This document shows positions 40,862 to 51,473 of a stretch of DNA of 64,000 nucleotides, in pieces. Position numbers and translations under genes: made by a program. This DNA comes from Cyanobacteria bacterium P01_A01_bin.123 (GTDB taxonomy: Bacteria; Cyanobacteriota; Cyanobacteriia; Phormidesmidales; Phormidesmidaceae). The stretch spans positions 64,001 through 128,000 of the forward strand of contig JBCBZT010000003.1 of the NCBI GenBank assembly GCA_039815185.1. Reading direction: 5' to 3'. The notes beneath the pieces were generated by a model. That model worked only from the letters and a program-made list of their open reading frames with translations. It did no database searches and was not told the origin of the DNA. Numbering within the stretch: the stretch's first letter is position 1; each line of letters opens with the position of its first letter.

Positions 40862-43800
40862 ATGCCGCAACAGATATACGACTGGAAAAGGTTCTGGTGC
40901 CCTCGGACAGGCAGCATAAACTTAGCTGACGGCGGCTATTTATCGAATCCAGAGGCAGAAGGGGCCAAAGCTTACAACCCAGACCTGGTAGCTCTAGAAG
41001 AGATCTTGGATGGTTCATGTTTGGTTCTATTAGGGGAACCAGGTATTGGTAAGTCTCGTGAACTGGAAAAGCTAAGAAACTACACGGAAGAAGTCGTTGA
41101 CGAAGATGACCAAATCCTCTCACTCGATCTTGAAGACTGTAGTGAGAATAAGCTATACGCTAATTTGTTCAACTCTCAGACTTTCATTGACTGGATTGAC
41201 GGTACACACAGACTCTACCTATTTCTAGATAGCTTAGATCAAGGTTGGCTGACAATTCAAAGACTACCAACTTTGCTAGTGGAGGAATTTAGACAACTTG
41301 ATAAGGTTCCCGAAAAGGAAAATCTGAAGCCTAGCCTTCTTCTCTTTTTAGCTCTCAAAACTGGATTTTTTGGAAAAGGCGCAAAGATCAAAGATCGCCC
41401 TAACTTAAGTCGCCTTTATCTTCGATTAGTTTGTAGGGTGTTTCCTTTCTCGCAGGCTGAAAGTGATTTTAAGGATCTTTGGAGTAATCATTACAGCAGT
41501 TACTACTTGACCCCACTCAGTGAACGTGACATAAGGACTGCGTTTAATGAGAATGGATTAGATGCTGATCAGTGCTGGCAAGAAATTATAGATAAAGAAC
41601 TTTTGCCATTTGCAACCAAGCCTATATCACTACAATTTCTTATAAAGAGACTTCAACGAAACAATGGACAACTTCCGAAGAATCAAAATCTAGTTGATAT
41701 TTACATTGACGGATATAAAGAACTTTGTCGGGAATTAAAAGATGAAACCCGTCATCCCCTTAAACCAGTAAGTAGTCTTGATGTTGACCAACGTCTATCC
41801 ATAGCAGCTCGTATTGCGGCTATCATGACTTTTTGTCTACGACCCACTATCTGGGCTGGACAGAGTTTTGGAGATTATGCTCTTGAAATAGATGTTCAAC
41901 CTGGAGAACTATGCGGACAGTGTGAAAGCACTAATACTGAAAGAGGTTTAAAGGTTACCAGTAATTTTATTCAAGAAGTTTTGGACACTGCATTATTCTC
42001 AGACCGTGAAGTTAACCGAATGGGATGGGCACACCAAACCTATGCTGGATTTCTAGCTGCTTGGTATTTGACACAGCATAAGGTCTCTATAGAGCAAATT
42101 AAAAAATTGATTTTCTCCTCTGAGAATACAGGCTACAGGTTAGTTCCCCAGCTGTATGAGACAGCAGCATGGCTAGCTAGCATGAGGCATGATGTTCTTC
42201 AGATAATTACGAAAACAGATCCAGATGTGCTGCTGCAGAGCGATTTGTCAGGCATTGATCAAACAGTCAAAGCATTATTAATAGATTCGTTATTAAAACT
42301 ACACGATTCAGGAAAACTGGTATATCAGTATGATGGATTTAGGGAATTTCAGCACTTAACGCATCCAGACATCTTGAGACAGCTAGAATTATGTATTTCT
42401 GACTCAACAAAAAATATTCAAGCTCGCTATGTAGCTATTGATATTGCTGAGAGTTGTAATCTACAAAGTGCTTCACCAAGCTTAGTTGAGATAGCTTTGT
42501 CTTCTGAACATCCATATGCGATCAGAACAAGAGCTGCGAATTTTGTAGTAAAAATCGGCAGAGAATCAGACAAAGCAAGGTTGAGAGACTTGTATATCAT
42601 TCCTCAGGATGACCCAGAAGATGATCTGAAGGGATATGGATTAAGAGCAACTTATCCAAAGGATATAACTACAGAAGAAGTTCTAAGCCACCTAACGCAA
42701 CCCCAAGTAAATTATTTTGGTGGTTGCTATCAAAAGTTTCTGGCAGAAGATTTCGGTCAACGTCTTCCAGAAAGTGATTTAAATTTGGCTCTTGCATGGG
42801 TTAGAAAACAGCCTGTTAGACATAAGTCGCATTATCCTTTTGATGCTCTTGCTGACAGTATTATGCTACGGGCATGGGAAAAACTTGACGATCCAGCAAT
42901 ACTGTCGGTCTTTGCGGAAGTAATTGTATCAAAACAAAGTCAGTACGCCAAAGTAATTGGTAACTATGACAATATCTCATTTAAGGAGATGTTGCAGGAG
43001 GATGATATTAAACGAAGAGCTTTGATAGAGAAATGTGTTTCAGTAATTCAAGATTCCGACAGAGATCCTTATTGGTTATCTGGCAACAGTCAGTATAGTT
43101 CCCTAACTCCATTAGAACGAGATTTTGCATGGTTGATAGAGAAGCTAGAAACATCCAATTCAGAGCAGATTCAGAGAGTTTATGCCAAGCTGATTAACTG
43201 GGAACTCGATTGGAAAAGTGCTGGGCAAATCAGTTTAGTCATTACTGCAAGCCAAATCAACTCTGTCTTGAAAGCAGAATTTGCACCTTACTTAGAGTTG
43301 ATTCCTCTTAATTCTCAAAGAGCAGATGAGTTAAAATTGCAGTATCTTGAAAGACAACGACATTTAACTCTAGGGGAACAGCAGAAATTAGAACCTCCAC
43401 CTAAGACTCGAATTTTGCAATGTCTGGATAGATTGGAGTCTGGTCAAGTGGATGCTTGGTGGTACTTATGCCAAGAAATGACATTGCTGCCAACTAGTAC
43501 TCATTACAATCAGACTTGGAAAGTTGATATTACGACTATGCCAGGTTGGCAAGAAGCAAATGAAACAGTAAGACGCAGAATCATTGAAGCTGCTAAACAG
43601 TATATTTATAAAGGAAATTCCAATACAGATAGCTGGTTAGGTACTAGATCTTTCCCTCAATATGTATTAAGCGGCTATCAAGCACTTAGGCTTGTCTCAT
43701 TTAACGAGCCTGAGTTTATTTCCATTCTCCCTGCAGAAATATGGAAAAAATGGACAGCTATTATTCTCGATTATCCTAACGCCAGAGAAGACAAGAGTGG

Positions 43801-44932
43801 AGAAATAAGAGAAGAGCTTTTGAAGGGAGCATATCACAATGCTTCTGATGAATTTTTCAGGGTTTTAGACATCTTAATCACTCAAGAGAATTCTCAGCGT
43901 AGTTCTATTTCCATACATAGAGAAGTGGAGTGCTGCTGGGATGAAACCTTGAAAAGTTTTTTGCTTGCTAAAGTGCAAGATGAGACGATGACCGCTGGAG
44001 GTTTAGGTGACCTGCTAGAAATGCTTTTAGCTCATCAAGTTTCTGAAGCTATATCCTTTGCTGAGTCTCTAATTGTTTTTCCTCTCCCTGAAATTGATAA
44101 GGAAAGATCAAAAGTTGCTGTTGTAGCTCAGAAACTAATTCTTTATTCAGCTGATACTGCATGGCCAAATATATGGAGAATAATTCAAGCTTGTCCAGAA
44201 TTTGGGAAGGAAGTCCTTGAAGCAATTTCCTATGCTCTCAAATATGAAGGATCTCTGGAGACACAAATTAAAGAGGAGTACACAGCAGATCTATATATAT
44301 TTCTTACTAAGCACTATTCCGATTTGGATGGTGAAAATCGAGACAATCCTCAAGAGGAAGAACTTGCCGGATTGGAAGCCTATATTGTAGGGCCAGCAGA
44401 TAGTATTAGACTTTGGAGAGATCGCATTCCGCAGCGACTACAAGAATTGGGTACTCCTGAAGCATGTCAGGCCCTTCAGAAAATAATTGGTGAGCTTCCC
44501 GAGTTGAAAGAAGAATTGCAGTGGCGACTTCCACAAGCTGAAGCTTTAACCCGACGCAAAGCTTGGCAACCGCCAACACCAGAAGAATTGCTTCAACTCG
44601 TGATTATCCAAGAGCCGTCAAACTCAGAAGTAGTAGATCGGATAACAAAGAAAATGGAAGATGAACCCAAAATCAAAAATGAAATTAACATCTCAAATTC
44701 GCCAAACTCACCCATCAATGCTCCTGTCGGAACAAGCGGTAAAACTGATAGCCATGTGACTATTTCTAGTTCTGATGAAAAGAGAGGAATTAATTGGGGT
44801 AACTGGCTTGCCGTAATTGGTATTTTAGCTGGCATGCTTGTTAGTGGAGCATTTAACGAAGAATTTAGGGAAGGGCTCAATCGGATGTTCTCTCCTCAAG
44901 TTGAGAAGGAATCCACACCACAAGCAGATTAG
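40862..44932 (+). CDS. Large NACHT/STAND-like P-loop NTPase with helical repeats and a C-terminal TM helix
   Basis: Walker A LVLLGEPGIGKS, Walker B LYLFLDSLD, KPISL, WAHQTYAGFLAA winged-helix motif; C-terminal WLAVIGILAGMLVSGAF; AT-rich. Confidence 0.75.
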   Translation: MPQQIYDWKRFWCPRTGSINLADGGYLSNPEAEGAKAYNPDLVALEEILDGSCLVLLGEPGIGKSRELEKLRNYTEEVVDEDDQILSLDLEDCSENKLYANLFNSQTFIDWIDGTHRLYLFLDSLDQGWLTIQRLPTLLVEEFRQLDKVPEKENLKPSLLLFLALKTGFFGKGAKIKDRPNLSRLYLRLVCRVFPFSQAESDFKDLWSNHYSSYYLTPLSERDIRTAFNENGLDADQCWQEIIDKELLPFATKPISLQFLIKRLQRNNGQLPKNQNLVDIYIDGYKELCRELKDETRHPLKPVSSLDVDQRLSIAARIAAIMTFCLRPTIWAGQSFGDYALEIDVQPGELCGQCESTNTERGLKVTSNFIQEVLDTALFSDREVNRMGWAHQTYAGFLAAWYLTQHKVSIEQIKKLIFSSENTGYRLVPQLYETAAWLASMRHDVLQIITKTDPDVLLQSDLSGIDQTVKALLIDSLLKLHDSGKLVYQYDGFREFQHLTHPDILRQLELCISDSTKNIQARYVAIDIAESCNLQSASPSLVEIALSSEHPYAIRTRAANFVVKIGRESDKARLRDLYIIPQDDPEDDLKGYGLRATYPKDITTEEVLSHLTQPQVNYFGGCYQKFLAEDFGQRLPESDLNLALAWVRKQPVRHKSHYPFDALADSIMLRAWEKLDDPAILSVFAEVIVSKQSQYAKVIGNYDNISFKEMLQEDDIKRRALIEKCVSVIQDSDRDPYWLSGNSQYSSLTPLERDFAWLIEKLETSNSEQIQRVYAKLINWELDWKSAGQISLVITASQINSVLKAEFAPYLELIPLNSQRADELKLQYLERQRHLTLGEQQKLEPPPKTRILQCLDRLESGQVDAWWYLCQEMTLLPTSTHYNQTWKVDITTMPGWQEANETVRRRIIEAAKQYIYKGNSNTDSWLGTRSFPQYVLSGYQALRLVSFNEPEFISILPAEIWKKWTAIILDYPNAREDKSGEIREELLKGAYHNASDEFFRVLDILITQENSQRSSISIHREVECCWDETLKSFLLAKVQDETMTAGGLGDLLEMLLAHQVSEAISFAESLIVFPLPEIDKERSKVAVVAQKLILYSADTAWPNIWRIIQACPEFGKEVLEAISYALKYEGSLETQIKEEYTADLYIFLTKHYSDLDGENRDNPQEEELAGLEAYIVGPADSIRLWRDRIPQRLQELGTPEACQALQKIIGELPELKEELQWRLPQAEALTRRKAWQPPTPEELLQLVIIQEPSNSEVVDRITKKMEDEPKIKNEINISNSPNSPINAPVGTSGKTDSHVTISSSDEKRGINWGNWLAVIGILAGMLVSGAFNEEFREGLNRMFSPQVEKESTPQAD

Positions 44933-44955
44933 ATAATCCCTGGGAAAACGAAGTT

Positions 44956-45198
44956 ATGCAAGTTACGATCAATCTCCCCCCTGACCTAGAGCAAGACTTG
45001 ATTCGTCAAGCGGCTCAATCTAACGTTCCGCTTCAAACCCTGATTTTGCAAGCCTTGCGCCAGGTAGCTCAATCAACTGATGCGGCTACTTCGCAGTGGT
45101 CAGAGATAGTCTTATCTTACGAAGGCATCCCTGACTTTCCCGCATTTGAATCCTACCGCGACGAACTTCTTCCGCCCCGTGAACCAGAGCTATTTTGA
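44956..45198 (+). CDS. Putative VapB-type antitoxin
   Basis: MQVTINLPPDLEQ RHH-like start, acidic tail, TGATG overlap with the PIN gene. Confidence 0.7.
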   Translation: MQVTINLPPDLEQDLIRQAAQSNVPLQTLILQALRQVAQSTDAATSQWSEIVLSYEGIPDFPAFESYRDELLPPREPELF

Positions 45199-45601
45199 TG
45201 CGCTATCTCCTCGATACCTGCGTCATCAGCGACTTCATCAAAGGCGAAGCTGGAACTATTGCGAGATTCAAGCAAACGCTGCCTGTTGATGTAGCCATCT
45301 CAGCAATTACCGTCATGGAATTGCGCTATGGTTAGCACTCAATCCGCAACGGGCTCAAAAAATTGAACCTGCGGTCGTCAGCATTTTATCTTCTGTCAAC
45401 ATCCTGCCTTTCAGCAATGCAGAAGCTGAACAAGCTGCTCAAATCCGGGCTACGCTCAAATCTCAAGGACAACCTATCGGTGCATACGATGTCTTAATTG
45501 CATCTACCGCGCTTCAGCATGACTTGATTATGGTTACAGCAAACCAGCGAGAGTTCGAGCGGGTTCCCGATTTACAGATCGAAAATTGGCGGCAAACCTA
45601 G
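45198..45601 (+). pseudogene. vapC: VapC/PIN toxin with a single -1 frameshift
   Basis: MRYLLDTCVISD...MELRYG* stops at 45335; the shifted frame continues LALNP...IGAYDVLIA...VTANQREFERVPDLQIENW to TAG 45601. Confidence 0.85.
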
Positions 45602-45701
45602 ACGCGCAGCAATTGCCGATAGCCGAGATTAACACTCCGTGGCAGCGGACGGATGCAAATCATCGATTAAAATAAAGCGGTTGTATTCTGCGACACGAGC
45701 C

Positions 45702-46997
45702 TTGATTGAACGCTATACCCTGCCCGAGATGGGCGATCTCTGGACCGAAACTCACAAACTACAAACCTGGCTGCGGGTTGAGATCGCGGTCTGTGAAGCC
45801 CAGGCTGAATTAGGATACATTCCCGCTGAAGCGGTTGAAGAAATCAAGGCTAAGGCCCAATTTGATCCGCAGCGGGTGCTTGAGATTGAAGCTGAAGTCC
45901 GGCACGACGTGATCGCTTTTTTAACCAACGTGAATGAATATGTAGGCGATGTCGGGCGCTACATTCACTTAGGGATGACCAGTTCTGACATGCTCGACAC
46001 GGCGCTATCTTTACAGCTTGTCGATAGCCTCGATCTAATTTTGAACCATGTGGAAAATGTCGTTCAAGCCATTCGCTACAAGGCTCAAGAACATCGCAAC
46101 ACCGTCATGATTGGCCGCTCCCACGGGATTCATGCCGAACCGATTACCTTTGGCTTTAAGCTGGCGGGTTGGTTGGCTGAAATGCTGCGCCACCGCGATC
46201 GCTTATGTCGCCTCCATGACCAGATTGCCGTGGGCAAGATTTCAGGTGCCGTGGGGACCTATGCCAATGTGGATCCCAAAGTCGAAGCGATCGCCTGCCA
46301 AAACCTCGGCCTTAGACCTGATACTGCTTCTACCCAAGTAATTTCCCGGGATATTCACGCTGAGTTTGTCCAGGCCATGGCGTTGTTGACCGCTTCAATT
46401 GAGCGCTTTGCTGTGGAAATTCGTAACCTCCAGCGCACTGATGTCTTAGAAGTAGAGGAATTTTTCTCAAAGGGGCAAAAGGGGTCTTCGGCCATGCCCC
46501 ACAAGCGCAACCCAATTCGCTCAGAACGATTGAGCGGCATGGCTCGCATTATTCGTGGCTATGCTATCGGAGCGCTCGAAAATGTTGCCCTGTGGCACGA
46601 ACGCGACATTTCCCATAGTTCTGTTGAGCGGGTGATGCTGCCTGATACGTGCATCTTGACCCACTTCATGTTGGTAGAAACCACGGATCTCGTAAAAAAT
46701 TTATTGGTTTACCCCGATAACATGAAGCGCAATATGAACCTATACGGCGGTGTCGTCTTTAGCCAACGTGTATTGTTAACCCTGGTTAACAAAGGGCTCA
46801 ACCGTGAAGATGCTTATGCCATCGTGCAAACTTGTGCTCACACCGCTTGGAACCAATTAGGGGGTGATTTCCGAGCGCTGATTGAAGCGGATGATCGAGT
46901 TAACCAGCATCTCTCTCCAGAAGAAATCGCAGCCTGCTTTGAACCCCGGCATCATCTCGAGCATTTAGACGAAGTTTATCAGCGCCTGGGAATATAA
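45702..46997 (+). CDS. purB: Adenylosuccinate lyase
   Basis: TTG start IERYTLPEM, HDVIAF, HLGMTSSD, GRSHG, GSSAMPHKRNP. Confidence 0.96.
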   Translation: MIERYTLPEMGDLWTETHKLQTWLRVEIAVCEAQAELGYIPAEAVEEIKAKAQFDPQRVLEIEAEVRHDVIAFLTNVNEYVGDVGRYIHLGMTSSDMLDTALSLQLVDSLDLILNHVENVVQAIRYKAQEHRNTVMIGRSHGIHAEPITFGFKLAGWLAEMLRHRDRLCRLHDQIAVGKISGAVGTYANVDPKVEAIACQNLGLRPDTASTQVISRDIHAEFVQAMALLTASIERFAVEIRNLQRTDVLEVEEFFSKGQKGSSAMPHKRNPIRSERLSGMARIIRGYAIGALENVALWHERDISHSSVERVMLPDTCILTHFMLVETTDLVKNLLVYPDNMKRNMNLYGGVVFSQRVLLTLVNKGLNREDAYAIVQTCAHTAWNQLGGDFRALIEADDRVNQHLSPEEIAACFEPRHHLEHLDEVYQRLGI

Positions 46998-47017
46998 CTC
47001 TTATAGATGTTGTGCTG

Positions 47018-47833
47018 CTAAGCCCTTGCTCTTTTTGCCTTACGGGCCTTTTTCCCTTGGGTGGGTGATGTTGAAGGCGGCATCCGACGAGCGCTGCTAC
47101 GGAAAGTCACGTTCACGCCGTCACCGGATTGTTCTAGAACCAGTAGCGGTGTTGGTTTGGCTTTTTGATCCCAACTCATTTGTGCAAGACGGCCTTGAAT
47201 GGTCGGTTGCCAGTTCTTTTCCTCAGCGTCTGGGCTCAAGAAGTTTTCAATACACTCAATAATTTGGGCAATGGTTGCAGAGGTCGTCTGGGTAGGCAAT
47301 TTTGCAAGCTTAAACTGGATGCGGAACAAGACCCGTTTTTTAGCACGGGGGTCATCACTGGACGAATATTCGACGTCAAAGATTTCATCCACCTGACGGG
47401 GTTTACAGGGAATGCCCACGAGCCCAATCTCTGCTTGCCGGGGTCGCAGCGCAACGGTGATTTTTTGCTTCACTTTGACCTTGAGCTGATTCAAAATTGA
47501 AAAGTGAAACAACTCTTCATCCATCCGCATCCGCAAGTAATCGAGGTTAAAGTCGCGAGAGTGGATCAAATCAGGATTTCGCTCCATCTTGGTGATGGTG
47601 CCTAGGGCCATTTTGACTTTCCGATTCAGTTCACGGTTTTTGTATTCCTCAAACTTGAGCCGTTTTCGCAGCTTATCGAACTGGACTTTAGAGATAATCC
47701 CGAGCCCAACGATCAACAGGACTAGCCCCCCCGAGGTCATCATCCAAAGCTGTTCTGGGCCTGCTTCAGTAGGCGGTTGGGGGGGTGCTTGGGCAACCCA
47801 TTGGGGAGAAATCTCGATAATGGGGTTCGACAT
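47018..47833 (-). CDS. Conserved cyanobacterial membrane-anchored hypothetical protein
   Basis: Single TM, coiled coil, NPDLIHSRDFNLDYLRMRM, WDQKAKPTPLLVLEQ. Confidence 0.7.
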   Translation of the reverse strand: MSNPIIEISPQWVAQAPPQPPTEAGPEQLWMMTSGGLVLLIVGLGIISKVQFDKLRKRLKFEEYKNRELNRKVKMALGTITKMERNPDLIHSRDFNLDYLRMRMDEELFHFSILNQLKVKVKQKITVALRPRQAEIGLVGIPCKPRQVDEIFDVEYSSSDDPRAKKRVLFRIQFKLAKLPTQTTSATIAQIIECIENFLSPDAEEKNWQPTIQGRLAQMSWDQKAKPTPLLVLEQSGDGVNVTFRSSARRMPPSTSPTQGKKARKAKRARA

Positions 47834-48036
47834 GGCGTTAGTGAGAATACTTCCATTGCTTATAGATTCAGCATGCCCATGTCTAATCAGGAGTAGACTC
47901 CGTAAAATCCGAGAATTAGGGAAAATTTATCGAATTTTTATACTGTGTTTAAAGATTGACTGAATGCGAGAAATGGTTGCTGTGACAAAATCAGGGGACA
48001 AACGTCAAGATCAGGGGAAACTTGATTGGATGGAAT

Positions 48037-49698
48037 TTAGTGTGACCATCGCGCCCGAGAACCTCTGGCATCTAAATGACTCAAGGCTGGATAGCGAGTG
48101 TAGCGCCCTAAACCACCGGGCCACCAGGGATCTAGAGCCCAGTAAATTTGATTACCTGTTAGTCCTTCGCAGTAAAAGTCGATGGCGTCACCAACGATGT
48201 GACGACTAAAGGCGGCCCCACCGACTTGGCGGTTGATTTCTGGCGGACGGTACCAACTGGTAATGATAAAAGGACGACCAATGCGATCGCGGGCCTGCTG
48301 GGCTAACTTAGCAATGCGCACAATAGCATCTACCGTGGTTTGATTAGACGGCATCCGTGCTCCGCCTCGCGTGGCTTCAGCCCAGGTAAAGTTGCCGTTA
48401 GGAATAATCGAGGCATGAAGCTGAAGATTAGAAAGAGTCCAGCGATCGGGTTGGGGGGAACGAAGAATCGGGGTTGGGCGGGGCGGGGCGTCTTGGGAGT
48501 CGCGGTTGGCTTGGGCCATGCGCCGCAAATCTTCAAATAAGGACTGAACCGCTTGGGTACGGCTTTCTAGTTTTCGCCAAAGCTGCACTAGCCGAATCAG
48601 GGCTTCTCGTTGTTCCTCCTGTTCTTGGTAGCCGGTGGGGACTTGGTTGAAAAATGCCAGCAAGGCGCGATCGACTTGAGTGGCTGCTTCCGCTAAGACA
48701 TTAGGATTCTTGGCACTGGCTGTGAGAGATTGAGCGCTGATGCCCAGTTTCTCAAGAGCACGGGTTCGTGACTCCAGATCTTGCCAAAGGCGAAATCCCT
48801 CCGTTAGGGCGAACCGCTGATCACCACGCCCCCGATAATATTCAGGCAGTCGTTCGACAAAGGCTATCAGTGCTGGGTCAACGATTTGCAGGTTAGTTTC
48901 GGCGGCAGTAGGGTCGCTCTGTTCGAGTAGGGTGATGGTCTCTTCACGGGAGTCAAGCTGTCGCCAGAGCTGTATCAGTCGCAGTAGGGATTCTCGCTGA
49001 TGGGGATAGCCAGAATAAAACTGGGACACTTGGCGAACGAATTGCACTAAGGCATTGTCTAACTCCCCCCAATCTGGAGCGTCAGCTTTGAGGGAGACCT
49101 CTAGAGACTTGATCGCTACGGCTTGAGTATCAAGTTTGCGCCACAATCGCACCATTTCTAGCAGGGCGGTTCGCTGGTGTTCGAGACGGCCATAATTGGG
49201 GCCAACCCTTTCAACAAAGGCTAACAAGGCTTGATCGAGGTCTGCTAAGTTATGGGGCAGTTGGTCGGCGCGGTAATCGAAGCTGATATCAGCGATGTAA
49301 GCTTTGAGTAGGGCTTCGTTATCACAGGCTTCTAATCGGGCTGCACTAGCGTCGCTGCTGGGTGGCATGTAGCCTTCGGAAATAGTCTGAATCAAGCGAT
49401 CGCTATAGCGCCCTGCTTCTGCATTCCAAAGATCTTGACCGCGCCAGCCCTCGGCTGTGAGAGTATCGGTAATGCTGCGGATAGTGTTGGCTGCATACTG
49501 CACCTGCTCGGGAAAGGTGTTGACTTGGTCTACGGCAACTCGATTGGCTGGGGCAATGCCCAACCCGGTTTCACCATCCAGCAGCCGTGGACTTTGGTGT
49601 ACGGTATGCAAGGCTGCCAGCACGGGCTTATGAATGCCAGTGCGGGCTGCTTCGATGAGGTAATAATAATTTCGTTGATCGCTTGCCAGTGGTGCCAT
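48037..49698 (-). CDS. Peptidase M15A domain protein with internal helical repeats
   Basis: C-terminal NFTWAEAT..ITSWYRPPEIN..GGA..SRHIVGDAID..HLDAR; repeated LxxFV..Y.G..QR.AL..L..LWR units. Confidence 0.85.
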   Translation of the reverse strand: MAPLASDQRNYYYLIEAARTGIHKPVLAALHTVHQSPRLLDGETGLGIAPANRVAVDQVNTFPEQVQYAANTIRSITDTLTAEGWRGQDLWNAEAGRYSDRLIQTISEGYMPPSSDASAARLEACDNEALLKAYIADISFDYRADQLPHNLADLDQALLAFVERVGPNYGRLEHQRTALLEMVRLWRKLDTQAVAIKSLEVSLKADAPDWGELDNALVQFVRQVSQFYSGYPHQRESLLRLIQLWRQLDSREETITLLEQSDPTAAETNLQIVDPALIAFVERLPEYYRGRGDQRFALTEGFRLWQDLESRTRALEKLGISAQSLTASAKNPNVLAEAATQVDRALLAFFNQVPTGYQEQEEQREALIRLVQLWRKLESRTQAVQSLFEDLRRMAQANRDSQDAPPRPTPILRSPQPDRWTLSNLQLHASIIPNGNFTWAEATRGGARMPSNQTTVDAIVRIAKLAQQARDRIGRPFIITSWYRPPEINRQVGGAAFSRHIVGDAIDFYCEGLTGNQIYWALDPWWPGGLGRYTRYPALSHLDARGSRARWSH

Positions 49699-49753
49699 AG
49701 TTGCGCGACAGTTGCACTCCCAAACTTGGTGATAGACGTTAGTCACAAAGATT

Positions 49754-50548
49754 ATGCCGCTTATGCCCGATTCCCAGGCACTTGAATCCGATTCGTTTGC
49801 AAATCTTTTGCCACAGATCCGCCTAATTGCGACGGATATGGACGGTACCTTGACGTCCGAAGAGAGATTTACACCCCGTTTAGTGCAGATGTTAGAGCAG
49901 CTTGCCCAGAGAGAAATCCCCGTGATAATTGTGACTGGGCGCTCGGCAGGTTGGGTTAGCGCAGTGGTGCACTATTTGCCTGTAGTGGGTGCGATCGCAG
50001 AAAATGGCGGACTCTTCTTTAAAGGTGCCCAAGCAGCGCCAGTTCCACTGGTACCCATTAACGACTTTGCCATCCATCGCCAGCGGTTGGCCGATTTTTT
50101 TCGCCAGTTGCAGAAAAGCTTACCCCAGATTCACGAATCCACTGACAATCGCTATCGTCTGACGGACTGGACGTTTGATGTGGCAGGCTTGAGTCAAGGG
50201 CAATTGGATGGGCTGCAGGCTACCTGCGATACAGCCGGATGGGGTTTTACCTACAGTACGGTGCAGTGCCACATTAAGCTGCAATCACAGGAAAAATCTG
50301 CGGGTTTGCAGCAGGTTATGCAGCAATATTTTTCAACGTTGGCCCCCGACCAAGTGGTAACTGTCGGCGACAGTCCTAATGACGAAAGTTTATTCAACGC
50401 GGCAAAGTTTCCGATTTCTGTAGGGGTAGCCAATATCACTCGCTATCTCGATCGGTTTCAGCACCGCCCAGCCTATCTCACCCAAGCCACTGAGGTCGAT
50501 GGCTTTTGTGAGTTGGCGCAGCGAATTTTGGAGCAGAATGATGGCTGA
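49754..50548 (+). CDS. HAD-IIB family hydrolase
   Basis: DMDGTLT, VTGRS, AENGG, GDSPND. Confidence 0.88.
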   Translation: MPLMPDSQALESDSFANLLPQIRLIATDMDGTLTSEERFTPRLVQMLEQLAQREIPVIIVTGRSAGWVSAVVHYLPVVGAIAENGGLFFKGAQAAPVPLVPINDFAIHRQRLADFFRQLQKSLPQIHESTDNRYRLTDWTFDVAGLSQGQLDGLQATCDTAGWGFTYSTVQCHIKLQSQEKSAGLQQVMQQYFSTLAPDQVVTVGDSPNDESLFNAAKFPISVGVANITRYLDRFQHRPAYLTQATEVDGFCELAQRILEQNDG

Positions 50549-51305
50549 ACTCAAAGCGCTAATTTTTGATGTGGATGGCACCCTGGCCGATACAGAGCGC
50601 GACGGACACCGGATAGCCTTTAATCGAGCCTTTGCGGCGGCAGGTCTGAGCTGGCATTGGTCGGTGGGGCTTTATGGCAATCTCTTGAAGATCTCTGGGG
50701 GAAAAGAACGGATCCGTTACTTCATTCATGCCTACCAGGCTAAGGTTGAGCCCCAGCATTATTCAGACGCCTTGATTGCCAAGCTCCATCTCGCTAAAAC
50801 CGAGCATTATCGCGACTTATTAGCCGAAGCCGTCATTCCCCTTAGACCAGGGGTAGAAAGACTCCTACGCCAAGCGCGACAGGTCGGGATACGTTTGGCG
50901 ATCGCGACCACCAGCCGATTTGAAAACGCCATCGCTCTACTCGAAACCACGCTAGGCCCAGACAGCCCGAACTGGTTTGAGGTGATTGCTGCCGGTGACA
51001 TCGTACCCCACAAAAAGCCTGCCCCTGATATCTACGACTACGTGCTTGAGAAGTTAGACCTTGCTGCGAAACACTGTCTCGTATTTGAAGATACTGAACA
51101 TGGGTTGATGGCAGCGACCCAGTCGGGTTTGAAAACCGTTGTTACCGTCAATGACTACACTCAGCATCAAGATTTTTCAGCAGCGACCCTGGTGTTGAGC
51201 CATTTGGGAGAACCGAATCAGCCGTTTACTTTGATTGCGGGTAATCCAGGCTACTGCCCTTACTCCTTCGATATTTCTTTTGCTCAAGCCTTGCTGAAGG
51301 CTTAA
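50538..51305 (+). CDS. HAD-IA family hydrolase (CbbY-like)
   Basis: FDVDGTLADTERDGHRIAFN, GGKER, KKPAPDIY, FEDT. Confidence 0.88.
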   Translation: MMAELKALIFDVDGTLADTERDGHRIAFNRAFAAAGLSWHWSVGLYGNLLKISGGKERIRYFIHAYQAKVEPQHYSDALIAKLHLAKTEHYRDLLAEAVIPLRPGVERLLRQARQVGIRLAIATTSRFENAIALLETTLGPDSPNWFEVIAAGDIVPHKKPAPDIYDYVLEKLDLAAKHCLVFEDTEHGLMAATQSGLKTVVTVNDYTQHQDFSAATLVLSHLGEPNQPFTLIAGNPGYCPYSFDISFAQALLKA

Positions 51306-51473
51306 ATCACGTCTAGCTCAAGATATGGCGTGTTCCCACAAGCAAAACTCATTTCTGGATGTGGAAACAGTTTAGTGGCGCGAAGATTCTCATTGTTTGG
51401 GAGGATACGTAATTTCCTAAAATACCCTTGTAGAGGGTCTAAGTTACCATTCGTTTCTTCTTCAAGGTCAGGT

